Assembly: GCF_006345805.1 (NCBI RefSeq)
Contig: NC_042999.1
Coordinates: 20,026,001 to 20,090,000, forward strand
DNA length: 64,000 nt
From: Octopus sinensis
Taxonomy: Eukaryota
Direction: 5' to 3'
Below, one piece after another: positions 49,365 through 63,160 of this stretch. Each line of letters begins with the position of its first letter. The stretch's first letter is position 1. The notes beneath the pieces are model-generated. The model had not been told where the DNA came from. It saw nothing but the letters and a program-made list of their open reading frames with translations, and did not search any database. Position numbers and translations under genes: made by a program.

Positions 49365-49395
<31 letters not shown>

Positions 49396-50169
49396 CATAT
49401 ATATATTTTTTTTTCTAGTTTCAGCTCAGAGCTGCGGCCATGATGATGCACCGCCGTATATATATATATATATACATGTATTTTTTTTTATTTCTTTTCT
49501 GTCCTAATTATTTTAGTCCCTTCCATGTTGCTTTACATTTTTATCCTGTATCATCCGAAAGTTTTTGCAGTCATCGTTGTCACACTTTTGCATCGTTGCT
49601 TGGTTCATCTTGTTATTTTTGTTTGTTAGTTTTTTTCCTTACTTTATATTATGAATCGCTTTAACCTGATCTAATTACCTACCTATATTTCCACCTTCTG
49701 TTTTGCTTTTAAACGAATACAATAAAGAAACAAACAAAACAAACGATGAATCACCAGACGAACAAATAATCAGTAAGAATGCTTTATCAAATGAAGTTTA
49801 AACATTTTTCTAATAAATTTAAGTCTGATGAGAATTTTCTGATCTGGTTTCAGTTGAGTTGATATCAGTTCAAAGAAAAGTTTTACCTCATTAAACTGCA
49901 AATGAGAAATTGCAGTAATGCAATATTCTATACTGAGTATATATGAAAGAAAATTCTTGCTACTTTGAGTTCATTTGAATAGGAATTACGAAAACAAAAC
50001 AAAAAACCATAATAAATCAAAGTCTTTCCGCATAAACTGTATGCACACCATCATCGCTTTTTTTGGGAAATCACTGTATTCTCTCACTCTCTTACACTCT
50101 CATTCTCTTCATTTCTTTCTTCTCTTCTTCACATACATGCATATACACATATCCACATATGCACATGTT

Positions 50170-50217
<48 letters not shown>

Positions 50218-50273
50218 TATATATATATATACATATATATATACATATATATATATATATACATTTATATACA

Positions 50274-50305
<32 letters not shown>

Positions 50306-50441
50306 CATATATATATATATATGCCAACAGAGAGAGAGAGAGAAAAAGATGGTGTGTGATTGAAAGAAAGACTGTGAGAAAAAGACACACTTTCACTTGC
50401 ACATGCACACACATATATACCACTACATTATACATACATGC

Positions 50442-50489
<48 letters not shown>

Positions 50490-52845
50490 ATTTGTATATA
50501 TCCGTATATATATTATGTATGTCTATGTGTGTGTATATACACATATATATGTATATATATATATACATGCATATGTATGCATATATATACATATGCATAT
50601 GCATATATATATATATGTGTGTATATATATATACATACATACATATATATATATATAAATGTAATATGTATGTATATATGATGTATATATATATATATCT
50701 TCATATACACATGCAAGCATATATAACACCCACACATATACAACTCATGCAAACTTTTCTTTGAAAAGCCTTACTTTTTCACTGAACAGTTTGCATCATT
50801 ATACATTCTTACTCTTTCTTTTGTTTTTGTTTTTCTCTTTTGTTTTTTGTTTTTTTTTTGTTTATTTCTTCTTTAATCTTCCTTGCTTTGGTTTTCTTTT
50901 TCTGATGAAAAACAACGAGCAAGAAAAAGCAAGATCAGTGAGTTGATATCATTAGCTAGAGGACAAGTTGTTGTTAGTTTCAAGAATTTGAGATTTCAGG
51001 GAAAGTTATTTTGAAACAAGAACTCAAGCATATGCACAACCCATAAAAATCACACTTGCAAACAGAACTATTTGCACCAAAAAATAAAAAAAAGAAAAAC
51101 CCAGAAAAATCTAAAAAAAAAAAAACATCATTTGGGAATTTTTTTGTTTTTTTTTTGTTTATTTCTTCTTTAATCTTCCTTGCTTTGGTTTTCTTTTTCT
51201 GATGAAAAACAACGAGCAAGAAAAGCAAGATCAGTGAGTTGATATCATTAGCTAGAGGACAAGTTGTTGTTAGTTTCAAGAATTTGAGATTTCAGGGAAA
51301 GTTATTTTGAAACAAGAACTCAAGCATATGCACAACCCATAAAAATCACACTTGCAAACAGAACTATTTGCACCAAAAAATAAAAAAAAGAAAAACCCAG
51401 AAAAATCTAAAAAAAAAAAAACATCATTTGGGAATTTTTTTGTTTTTTTTGTGTGTGTGCAAACTTCTATATTTGTATTGTTTTAATATTGTGTGTTTAA
51501 AGCGTGCAAATACACCCACATACAAACACATTCATCATCAAATATTCTGAAGTTATATTTGAATGTATCTGAAAGAATAGATAATATACCAAAAAGGTAG
51601 CTACTGTCTAGTAGAATGGGTAGCTGGAAAAGACAACCAAGTATTCTTTTGAATGATATAGACATGGCTGTAGGTGGATGTATGGCTGTGTTGTCAAAAA
51701 TCGTTTGCTCTACGAAAATTGTTTTTAAGTTCATTCCTAGTGAGTACTACGTTGCTTAAGTGTTCCCTAATATGGCCCTCTGTTGATCATTGCCTTGTGA
51801 ATCAACCATAATTAGAAGCTCTGTGGCATTTTGGTAGGTATAAGTGAGTATACCTACATGCATGTAGGTTGTTATATTAATATCATCATCACTGTTCGAC
51901 CTTGGTCAAGACAATGGAATTTAGAATATTACGCCAGACTTCACGGTCCATCATAGCATTACGGAGGTGCTGTTGCTGGATGCCTATATCCCTGGGATTA
52001 CATCAGGGTAGGAGAGTGTGCGCCCTCTGGTATTGCGAGCAGATGGCTTCCAGAGGAGAAGAGTAGAAATTGCCTCGTTTTTAGCTCTACAACATTGTCC
52101 ACCAGACTGGACTCTTCTACCTTTCAAAAGAGATGATACAGGTGGTAGTTTCCCATATATTTGTACTTTGGTTGGATGACCCTTCCACGAGAGATTTTGA
52201 GCTCTCATAAGGAGGTGAGTTTAAGTTCCATACACGTAAATATTTGTGCATATGTATACAAAAGACATACCTTTAGTTCCTATAAGTAATTTCTACCAAT
52301 CTATAAAATTCGACCTTTAACTGTCTTCTTACATTTCATTTCTACATGTATTTATTTCCACACTTTTAAACTTAATTCCTATTCATCTACCACACTATAT
52401 TTTTCCACTCTTAATTTTCTGTTAATTTCTTTCTTTCTCCTCCTTCTCTTTCTGTAAATTACCTTTGATGTTAAATCTATTAACAGCTTTTTTTAAAAAG
52501 TAACTTGCTAGCATTCCCCTTACATTATATACATGGTAATCACATTCCATTAAAATAGCTTATTGATGTGTTTTGTTCCTAATTTTTTCTACAAGTTAAT
52601 TGCATTGTTTTACATCATTTTTATTCCCTCCAGAATAATATCAATACTATTTTCGAAACAAACGTTGGAAATATAATATGATTTGAATAACACCTGTGCT
52701 TGACTCCATTTCTTAATTTATCCATATATATATATATGTGTGTGTGAATGTGTGTGTGTGTTTGCGTATGTGTGTGTATATGGACGTAACAGCTGTATGT
52801 ATGAACATTTGTAGGTATGTATGCATGTATTTATATATATATATT

Positions 52846-52885
<40 letters not shown>

Positions 52886-53155
52886 AAACTTTCTCAACCT
52901 TATACACAACTTACAATTGTATTTTACTCCCTTATCTTATTCATATTGTAGTTTTTTTTATATTGTAATTTACTCTATAATCTCTACTTATTCATCCGTT
53001 TATTACTGTAACTATGTTTATCTACTCTATCTTACTGCCACCAACCTACAAACCCCTCACCCAAACACATATAAATATAAATCATAAAAAGTATCATTCA
53101 GTCTGCTTTGATGAATCTACAAACAAACTTACATAACATCTAAGGGTATATTTTC

Positions 53156-53236
53156 CCCTCTGAAGAGATTATGCTCAGAAATATGAATTTAACATTTAAT
53201 TAACTTCACTGTGTATAATTGAAACAGCTGTAAGGG
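53156..53236 (+). ncRNA. Type-I hammerhead ribozyme (predicted)
   Basis: CCCT-CTGAAGA-GATTATGC..GTATAATT-GAAA-CAGCTG-TA/AGGG; palindromic stem III ACAGCTGT. Confidence 0.75.
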
Positions 53237-54653
53237 ATAATGAGCGATTTGTTGTTGATAATAAACTCTTTTTACCTTCAATATCTCCATTTAATTTTTC
53301 TTCTTCTTCTTTCCTAAACATGAATATAAACTTCAGTTTATATACAAACCTATTATTTTAAGGATATAAATTCTGCCCCCAAATATTTGGTATTAAACCA
53401 GTATTTCTTTGGACGACACTGTCCCTTCATGAGGCTAACATAACCTCTAAATGAATTATATATATATAATAACAAAATAGTAAATAAAACATATGCATAT
53501 ATACATACATATACGTACGTACCTACCTCTATATGTATATATACATGCATATATAGGCACAGGACAGCAAAAAAACATCGAACAGAATGAGAAACGAAAA
53601 CATAAAAACAGAACCATGGAAACGGACATTTTTTTTATACAACGAAAAAACAGGGTACTAGACATACAACACAAGGAAAATTCCCCTTCTTCAGCCGCCT
53701 CCGTTTCGTCTACTCCACGTTTCGAAGGTAAAAGCGAGACAAGACTTCAGTGAAACGGTCCTTCCCGCAAATCAAATTAAATAAAATTTGCGATTTTTTG
53801 CGGAGGGGTAAAATTGGTAAAAAAACAGGAAAGTAAAAACAATACAAGACAGTAAAAATACAAATAAAAATAAAAACAGTAAACGACAGGACAAGTAGAA
53901 TAACAGTAATAAGAACGTTAAGGGCTGTTAAGCCGAACGAAAGAAAAATTATTTTGAACGCGTGAGAACAACGGCATAAGAAAGGGATAGGATGCTGTCT
54001 ATACTTGTTGAAGGCTGTGGTCAGAAAGACAGAAGGACTCTGGTCACATGTCAGCGACGAGAGGGAGGAGGAGTAGTAGTAAGAGAAAGGAAACGGTGAA
54101 AGAGAGTGAATGGTAGAGAAAATCAGAAAGAATAAAGAATGAGCGAGAGGGGGACAGTAAGTTAGAAAAATAGAGACAGTAAGGTTAAGAGTGCGTATCA
54201 TAAAGATGGGAACATTCTATTGAAGTGAATTGTAAGAGTCACAGGTACTCTCGGAATGAACCTTTGAAACAATCGTAGCAATACTTCTTTTCCTTTAAGT
54301 ATGGTACTAAAAAAACTCTTTTTAAAAACATTTATTACTCCCTGCATTCCATAATTTTTAAACGAAATGTCTTTCTATAGACACATTTTATTATTATCAT
54401 CTATATTTTTATCCTTGCTCCATTATATTTATATATGTATATATTTATTTGTCCTTGCATATATTTAACATTCATATATATTTTTATATTTCTATAACTC
54501 TATATTTTGAATGTATTAATATGTTTTAGACAATTCTTTTTATTAAATCCGTATATATGTATACACCTATCATAGTCTGCCTGAGTTGAACTTTTTCCCT
54601 GTATCTTTTGAACATTTATATATATGTGTGTGTGTGTGTTTGTTTGTGTGTGT

Positions 54654-54698
<45 letters not shown>

Positions 54699-55003
54699 TG
54701 AGGTTTGTGTTTGTCCCACCACCAGCATCACCACCACCACCACCACCACTATTGCTTGACAACTGACGTCAGTGTGTTTACATCCCCATAACTTTAGCAT
54801 TTCGGCAAAAAGAGAACGATAAAATAAGTACTAAGCTTCAAGGAAATAAGTCTTGGGGCCGATTCCGTCGACTAAAGGTGGTGCTCCAGCATGACTTCAG
54901 TCAAATGACTGAAACAAGTAAAAGAATAAAGAAATAAAAGAATGATAAAACCTAAAACATCGCTTTTTCTGCCTGAAGTGAGGGTTGGGATAGAAGAATT
55001 CTA

Positions 55004-55419
55004 TACTCTTTTACTCTATTAATTGTTTCAGTCATGTGACAGAGGCCATGCTGGAGCACCCTCTTTAGTCGAGCAAATTGACCCCAGGACTTATTCTTTG
55101 GAAGCCTAGTACTTATTCTATCGGTCTCTTTTGCCGAACTGCTAAGTTACGGGGACGTAAACACACCAGTATTAGTTCTCAAGCAATATTGGGGGGGGGG
55201 GACAAACACAGGTACACAAACATACACACACACATACACATGTATATACATACACATGTATATACACGACGGGCTCTTTCAGTCTCCGTCTACCAAATCC
55301 ACTCACAAAGTTTTGGTCGGCCCAAGGCTATAGTAGAAGACACTTGCCCAAGGAGCTACGCAGTGGGACTGATCCCGGAACCATGAGGCTGGTAAGCAAG
55401 CTACTTTCCACACAGCCAC
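55004..55419 (-). mobile_element. SINE family A copy
   Basis: Reverse-complement of the family consensus. Confidence 0.85.
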
Positions 55420-55670
55420 AATGTGATTCTTGTTGAACTATGTCTGAGGAAAAGACATGGTGGTCATGTCTGGGTATATTCTTCCTGAGTTGACCTGACT
55501 CTCTAAATAACACTAATAAACAGCTAAAGTGCAGTTGTTTTATAGACTTGTAAAGTCAGGAGCAGTTTTGAACATTATCTCAAAATCAGTGAAAAATATC
55601 TACCAAAAGAATCTCTAAGTATGTCTGTATTCTATTGAATTTTCGATTTTTCAAACAATAGCATGTTGTC

Positions 55671-55671
<1 letters not shown>

Positions 55672-55703
<32 letters not shown>

Positions 55704-56050
55704 GTTTAACGTCCACTTTCCATGCTAGCATGGGTTGGACGATTTGACTGACGTCTGGCGAACCAGAAGGCTGCACCAGGCTCCAATCTTGATCTGGCAG
55801 ATTTTCTACAGCTGGATGCCCTTCCTAACGTCAACCACTCCGAGAGTGTAGTGGGTGATTTTACGTGCCACCAACCAGAGGGCCAGTCAGACAGTACTGG
55901 CAACGGCTACGCTCAAATGGTGCTTTTTATGTGCCACCTGCACAGGAGCCAGTCCAGCGGCACTAGCAAAAACCTCACTCAAATGTTTTTTGCGTGCCAC
56001 CAGCACAAATGCTAATAAGGTGACGCAGGTAACGATCACGCTCAAATGGT
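55672..56050 (-). mobile_element. Repeat family C copy
   Basis: (cat)n tail + core. Confidence 0.85.
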
Positions 56051-56552
56051 GCTTCATCTTTATTTAATGTCTGTTTTACATGCTGGCTTTGGTTGGACAG
56101 TTTAACAGGACCTTGCAAAATCTAGGGTCCTGTTGAGCTTCAATATCAGCTTTGGCATCGTTTCTATGGCAGGATATGCTTTCTAACATCGACCACTTAA
56201 CAGTGTCTTCTTAATTTTCCTATATTAGCAGAAACAGTAGAGCATTGAGCCAGATCCCTGCTGTATTTTTCCATTTGGGTGAGTTCAAATCCAACTGAAG
56301 ACACTGCCTTCCATTCTTCTGGAGATTAATAAAAGAAAGTGGCTATTCTTTCGATATAACTCGATAGACTAAAACACTTCAATTCGGTTCTTTCCGTAGC
56401 TGTTACCGAAATGGGAGGAGTAGAAGAAACCTAATAGGTTGTACGTGTGTATGTGCTTGTTTCTGTGTGTGTGTGATTGTTCCTCTATCTGTGTGTCCAT
56501 GCTTGTTCTTGTCCGTGTGTCTGTGTGTGTGTGCTTGTTCTTGTCTGTGTGT

Positions 56553-56600
<48 letters not shown>

Positions 56601-56669
56601 TGTTCTTGTCTGTGTATATTCACAGACACGACAGAGTCGGAATCTATATACACTGGAAGCTATGCCAAC

Positions 56670-57204
56670 ACTATTGAATAACAATAGAAAAAAGATGGTA
56701 TAAGCACACACCAGAAAAGGTCACAAAAAACGAGAAAGCAACCATACTCTGGATATGCCAATACACACAGATAGAGAAATTAAGGTCAATAGGCCAGATA
56801 TAGTTGTTAGAGATCTTGAAGAAAAAAATGCTTTCAAATTGATGTATCAATACCGGCAGATGACAACGTGTCTCCAAAAGAGATAGAGAAACTCTCAAAA
56901 TACAAAAGACCTGGAAATAGAGGTAACTCGAATGGAGAATCTAAAAACAGAAACAATTCCTATCATAGTAGGCGCATTAGGCATGATAAAAAAATATTCA
57001 GACAAATATATATAAAAAAACACTGGGACTTACAAATATACATAACATACAGAAAATTGCACTACTGGACGCTGCACACATCCAACGAAAAACGCTTTCA
57101 AAACAGTAACCATAAAAGCGTCACAGCAAACCACAGTACAAACCCAAAGCACACAGAGCTGCGCTCGGTAGTGAAGTGAAAGCACACTATTAAAAATAAA
57201 ACTA

Positions 57205-57210
<6 letters not shown>
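56670..57210 (+). pseudogene. R4/Dong-clade non-LTR 3' end (restriction-like endonuclease), followed by (AAT)n
   Basis: With frameshifts: WYKHTPEKV...ILWDMPIHTDREIKVNRPDIVV...IDVSIPADDN...EKLSKY..LEIEV...PIIVGALG = PD-(D/E)xK RLE. Confidence 0.85.
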
Positions 57211-57253
<43 letters not shown>

Positions 57254-57383
57254 TAATAATATAATAATAATAATAATAATAATATTAACGCCGCCGCCGA
57301 TAATGATGATGATGATGATGATGATGATAACAACATCGAAAAATACTTTAGGAATAAGAACCCAGGTTCGATGTTTCCCCAAG

Positions 57384-57426
57384 ACACCTGATGAATGCTG
57401 GAGGGTATATCAGCTGAAACGTGTTA
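57384..57426 (+). ncRNA. Decayed hammerhead
   Basis: ACAC-CTGATGA-ATGCTG..CAGCT-GAAACGTGTT; the cleavage triplet/stem I' appears to have lost ~3 nt. Confidence 0.45.
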
Positions 57427-58138
57427 ACAATAAGCAAGATGATGACAAATATCAGTCAAATGTAAATAATGTAAATAATGTACATAATTCATCATCTCTT
57501 AAAAATAGCACTGAATTATACAACATCAGTGGTTCTTTAACAGAGCATGACTTAAAAGAAACGCAAAGAGTACAAGAAGAAATTCTTCCATTCTTTGCAG
57601 ACAACTGACCAAAGGAATGAAAATATGAACGTACAATAATCTTCATGGGTTGGACGGAGTTCCTTGTTCAGCTGTTCTGTAAGATATAAAAACAGACTTC
57701 GGTAAGCATTCTTATGCCTTTTGATACACCTTAAAAGCTATCAAGAAATTTGTGAAACCTACTTTTCTGTTTGTATTCAGTCAGTTGAACTCTATCTGTT
57801 TCTTTTACTGAAGTCATTTATATCAATTTGCCGTTGATTAAGAAGGCTTAGGTCGTTAGAAGATGTGCAGACTTTCCATTTGGTCTTTGGAAATAATTAT
57901 CTTTTATTCTTTTATTCTTTTACCCTTTTCAGGCCATTTGACTGCGGCCATGGTGGAGCACTGCCTTTAATCGAACAAATTGACCCCAGTATTTATTCTT
58001 TGTAAGCCTAGTACACATTCTATCGGTCTCTTTTGCCAAACCACTAGGTTATGGGGGACATAACACACAAACATCGGTTGTCAAGCAATGGTGGGGGGAC
58101 AAACACAGACACACAGACATATGCATATATATATATAA

Positions 58139-58368
58139 GGCATCAAGCTGGCAGAAACGTTAGCATGCCAGGCGAAATGTTTAGCGGTATTTCCTCTGCC
58201 GCTACATTCTGAGTTCAAATTCCACCGAGGTCAACTTTGCCTTTCATCCTTTTGGGGTCAATATATCAAGTACCAGTTATGCACTGGGGTCGATGTAATC
58301 GACTTCATCCCTTTGTCTGTCCTTGTTTGTCCCCTCTATGTTTAGCCCCATGTGGGCAATATAGAAAT
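58139..58368 (+). mobile_element. SINE family B monomer (full length)
   Basis: Head gctggcagaaacgttagc, B box gagttcaaattcc, tail gcccc-atgtgggcaatatagaaat. Confidence 0.9.
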
Positions 58369-58370
58369 AT

Positions 58371-58404
<34 letters not shown>

Positions 58405-58729
58405 ATTTAGATTCAAATGAATATGGTGCTTAAGTAGAGGCACCAGAATTTAGTACGGTATCATCCATACAATTTCAAAATAAGGAGATTAAAATCAAAA
58501 TAAGCTACAAAGATATACAGAAGTAATGCAGTACGATCGTTTCTTATAACTCCATTTAATTGAACAATGCAATCATTTCATTACATCAATTTAAAATGTA
58601 CCCGGAACCATGTGGTTGGTTATCAAGCTACTTACCACACAGCCACTCCTGCGCCTATATATATATATATATAATATATATAATATATATATTATATATA
58701 TATATATATATATTATATTATATATATTA

Positions 58730-58801
<72 letters not shown>

Positions 58802-58919
58802 CTCTGTTATTCTTTAACTTGTTTCAGTCATTTGATTGTGGCCATGCTGGAGCACTGCCTTTATATATATATATATATATATATATAATCATAATAATAA
58901 TTTGAGGGAATATTATTCC

Positions 58920-59330
58920 TAACTTACAGGGAAAAATTCAATTTAGAAATGCTAAATCAAATTTCACAAAATATAATATATATATATATATAAAAATTAG
59001 AAAAAACCACCTTTTATCAATTCAAAATGAATAATAAAATTACACCATCTAGAAAATTACATAAAATAGAAACATTAGAAATAAAATAACAATAATATTC
59101 CCATGATTAAGTAAATTGCAAAATAGTAATAAAAACGTATATATTTGGTAGAATAACAAAATATATACCAAATATATACGTTTTTATATTATTATTTTGC
59201 AATCTATTTAATCATCGGTATATTATTGTTATTTTATTTTTAATATTTCTATTATATGTAATTTTCTAGATGGTGTAATTTTATTGTTCATTTTGAATTG
59301 ATAAAAGGTGTATTTTTCTAATTTATATAT
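58920..59330. mobile_element. Fold-back element, same family as 22238-22705
   Basis: Shared aacttaca.ggaaaa.ttcaatttagaaat start; ~170-bp arms centred near 59150-59165. Confidence 0.8.
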
Positions 59331-59359
59331 ATATATATATATACATATATATATGTTTG

Positions 59360-59391
<32 letters not shown>

Positions 59392-59967
59392 AATAAGGAT
59401 ATGATCTTTAATTTAAGCATCGATCTCATCAAGTGGCCAACATGGGAATAAAAACCTTCAAAGGTAATAGTTATTATTAAAATTATAATTTAGGGTATCT
59501 GAGAGATACCACCTTGTTGGAAATAGCAGCAAAAACTTGACTCTAAAACTACATTAAATGTTTATACAGCTAATTGTAGTATTTTATATATAAGATACAA
59601 AATGAGGTACATAATAATCACACATACAAATATTCACATACTTCCCTTGTACATACACATACATATGCACATATATTCACACAGTGTTGAAACACTGATT
59701 TTTTTCACCCCTCCCTTCCTTTCTCTTATTGCTATTACTTTCCCTCACTCCCTCTCAGTCAAGGCTATTACCCTCACTACTTCTCCTTCACTGAATTACT
59801 ATTTTCTCTCCTCCTCCTCGTCCAGCATGATTCTGGACAAATATATTTATATATACACACACACATATATGAGCATAGTGTTTTTATATATTTGTATATA
59901 TATATAATAGAAATATTAAAATTACTAAGTCTCTCTATGTACCATTAATATATATATATATGTATGC

Positions 59968-60078
<111 letters not shown>

Positions 60079-60313
60079 AATATAAAAAACTATGCTCATT
60101 ATTATATTAGGAGATTGCTGGTAGAAACACTTAAGATAATGAATACACTCACTTGCTATTGAACAGTCGCTGCAGTAGTCAGGATATCTTTCTTAAATCA
60201 GATTCTCATTTCTATGTTTTGTTGCCAGATGAGTTGGCTCCTTTCCTACAGTAGCAGTGCATTTATTTATTGAACAGCATGCTGTGAAGATAAACCTATT
60301 TATCATCATCAAT

Positions 60314-60537
60314 GTGGAGGCATGTGGTTTAGTGGTTAGAGTATTGGACTCATGATCATCAGATTGTGGTTTCAATTCCTGGACCAGGAACTTGTCATTT
60401 CACGTTATTCCAGTCCACTCAGATGGCAAAAATGAGTAATCCTGCGATGGATCGGTGTCCTGTCCAGGTGGGGAATTTCTACTCCACTGACACCAGGAAA
60501 CCAGCCATTATGAGCCTGGCATGGCTCGAGAAGGAAA
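60314..60537 (+). mobile_element. tRNA-SINE with V-like segment
   Basis: cctgcgatggatcggtgtcctgtccaggtggg and the ttatgagcc.ggcatggctcgagaa tail shared with 23571-23868. Confidence 0.7.
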
Positions 60538-60875
60538 GGCCAAATTTTTAAAAAATGAATCCTGGGGTTGATTTCATCTTCTAAATACCTCAGCATGTTG
60601 CTCAGCATGGCCACAGTATAATGACTGGAGCTAGTAAAAAAATGAAAAAGCATTGGTCTGTCATGAAAATGACATTAAGTTGGATGTTTGAAATGCAATG
60701 ATCATGCTGATGGGCAAGATTTATATAAAATTTCATTGTGAACACATCTAACTGGCTTGAACGAACAGAAATAATTTTGGTACCAAGAGAAGTGATAGGG
60801 AGAAAGCACCACATGTCTATAAAGTAATGCTGTGGTTTGCAATATTTCATAGCCGAGTGACCCCTTTCACAGAAT

Positions 60876-61059
60876 GTGCTGGTGGCACATAAAGGCACCC
60901 ACTACACTCTCGGAATGGTTGGCTTTAGGAAGGGCATCCAGCTGTAGAAACTCTGCCAGATCAGATTGGAGTCTGGTGCAGCCATCTGGTTTGCCAGACG
61001 TCAGTGAAATAGTCCAACCCATGGTAGCATGGAAAGCGGACATTAAACGATGATGATGT

Positions 61060-61098
<39 letters not shown>

Positions 61099-61190
61099 CA
61101 AGGATGAGCCTGGTGCAGCCATCTGGTTTACCAGTCCTCTGTCAAATTGTCCAACCCAGGTAGCATGGAAAGAAGATGTTAAAGGATGAT
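60876..61190 (+). mobile_element. Repeat family C 3' part with duplicated tail
   Basis: cctggtgcagccatctggttt...ccaacc..gtagcatggaaag-like segment occurs twice, separated by (gat)n. Confidence 0.8.
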
Positions 61191-61203
61191 ATATATATAT
61201 ATA

Positions 61204-62040
61204 AGTTAGTTAGTTAGTTAGTTAATTTGGCTCAAAAGCAAATAGCAAGGCCATGTAGTGGGACATGGAGTTAAGTACAGGGTGGTGTTCATGTAAAGAG
61301 TTCAGGCTACTTGAGGTAAAGGAAGGCTTTGAACAAAGCGGTCGTCGGCATCTTCACCATCTCGTCTGGCAGCTTGTTCCACGGATCCGCAACCCGGACG
61401 GAGAAAGCTCCTCTCCTTCGCTTGAGATGAAATCGTCGCAGGTAGAGCTTTTCGGAATGACCCCGCAGCCGACGCTCTGGAGCATGAGTGAAGAACAGCT
61501 CTTTCAAGAGGTTACACTTTCCGCTTATGATGCTGTGGGCGAGAATGAGATCACCACGGCGACGGCGTTTTTCTAGAGAATAAAGGTCGAGCGTCCTCAG
61601 CCTTTCTTCATAGGACAACTTTTGGAGACCATGAGCCATGCGAGTAGCCAGCTTCTGGACTCTTTCGAGATGCTGTATGTCTTTGAGGAGATAAGGAGAA
61701 GAGGCTTGAATCCCGTATTCCAATATGGGTCTCACCAGCGTGACATAGAGTGGTAGGAATATGGCTGCTGTGAGCATTCCGAATGACCGTCGAATCAAGA
61801 ACAGAATTCCGCGTGCTTTGTTGGAAGCATGGACGCACTGGGCCGAAGGCGAAAAGGAGGAATCCACCAAGATACCCAGGTCCTTTACCTGATCGGTCCT
61901 CTCCAGCAGCAGACGACCCGGCTCGAAATCAAGTTGAGTTGCAGGAGGAGAGCCAACAGGCAGATGACAGCACTTTGACACGTTCAGACACAGGTCCCAT
62001 TCGTTAAACCACCTCCAAATTTGGTGGAGGCATCGACGAT
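61204..62040 (-). mobile_element. CR1-clade LINE 3' end, (TAAC)n tail
   Basis: ~240 open codons: LNVSKC...QVKDLGILVD...LYVTLVRPILEYG...LERVQKLATR...LSYEERL...RRRRGDL...RGHS.KL...FSVRVADPWNKLP. Confidence 0.95.
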
Positions 62041-62136
62041 ACGTATATATATATTTATTGAATCCAAACAAAGAACAACAAACAAGGAGAAACAATAATG
62101 TGAGGATGTGGTACAAGTACTGTATTATCAGACGCT

Positions 62137-62185
<49 letters not shown>

Positions 62186-62186
<1 letters not shown>

Positions 62187-62510
62187 TCACCGTGACCACT
62201 GTGACCGACCAGGCTATCAGATGTTGTTACACATCGCTGGTCACAACGCGCTTCGCATTGTTTTAGACATCAAATGACAAAACCTCGATGGCTAAGCGAG
62301 CAGGCCAACAGAAGAAAGAGTGGAAGAAAGAGTGAGAGAAAGTTGTGGCGAAAGAGTACAGCAGGGATCGCCACCATCCCCTGCCGGAGCCTCGTGGAGC
62401 TTTAGGTGTTTTCGCTCAATAAACACTCACAACGCCCGGTCTGGGAATCGAAACCGCGATCCTATGACCACGAGTCCGCTGTCCTAACCACTAGGCCATT
62501 GCGCCTCCAC
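62186..62510 (-). mobile_element. tRNA-derived SINE family E copy
   Basis: Minus head gtggaggcgcaatggcctagtggttaggacagcggactc...ggtttcgattcc. Confidence 0.88.
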
Positions 62511-62561
<51 letters not shown>

Positions 62562-63059
62562 CATATCTAAATTCATATACACACGCATACGCGTGTGTGT
62601 GTATATATATAGGTAGTCTTTAACTTAATGGTAGATAGATGTTATTTTATGCTCAATTGGTAGTGCTTTGCCCCAAACCCCATCCTTTTGTCTATCAGAC
62701 ACATTTATCATCTGATAGTTTTTACTTTCAGAGGGTTTTAGTCAGAGGTGACTTGATATCTTAAAAAGGATATCTTTCTCTCCCACTCGGATTTTCATGT
62801 TAGTCTTTCTTAATAATCTTTTAAAGGGTGTAGCTACCGAAGGAGACAGTCTTTTGTAAAGCTTAATATTATACTTAATGGTTTAATGGTGTAACAAATG
62901 AATAAGAAAGAAGAAAAGGAAAATTATAAAGAAACAAATTGAAAAAGCAAAAAAGAAAACAAAATGAGTAAACATGATAGCTTTATAATCTTTTCAATGC
63001 CCCAAAAACAATGTTCATTTTGAAATCTGATGAAATGAACAAATAAATACATAAATAAA

Positions 63060-63129
63060 TAAATAAATGATGATGATAATGAGGATGATGATGATAACGA
63101 TGACAGTGATGATAATAATAATAAATAAC

Positions 63130-63160
<31 letters not shown>

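Noticed and set aside
51900-52220. GC-richer block possibly a LINE 5' UTR or exon
   Set aside because: No second copy or protein motif in the window, so it cannot be assigned.
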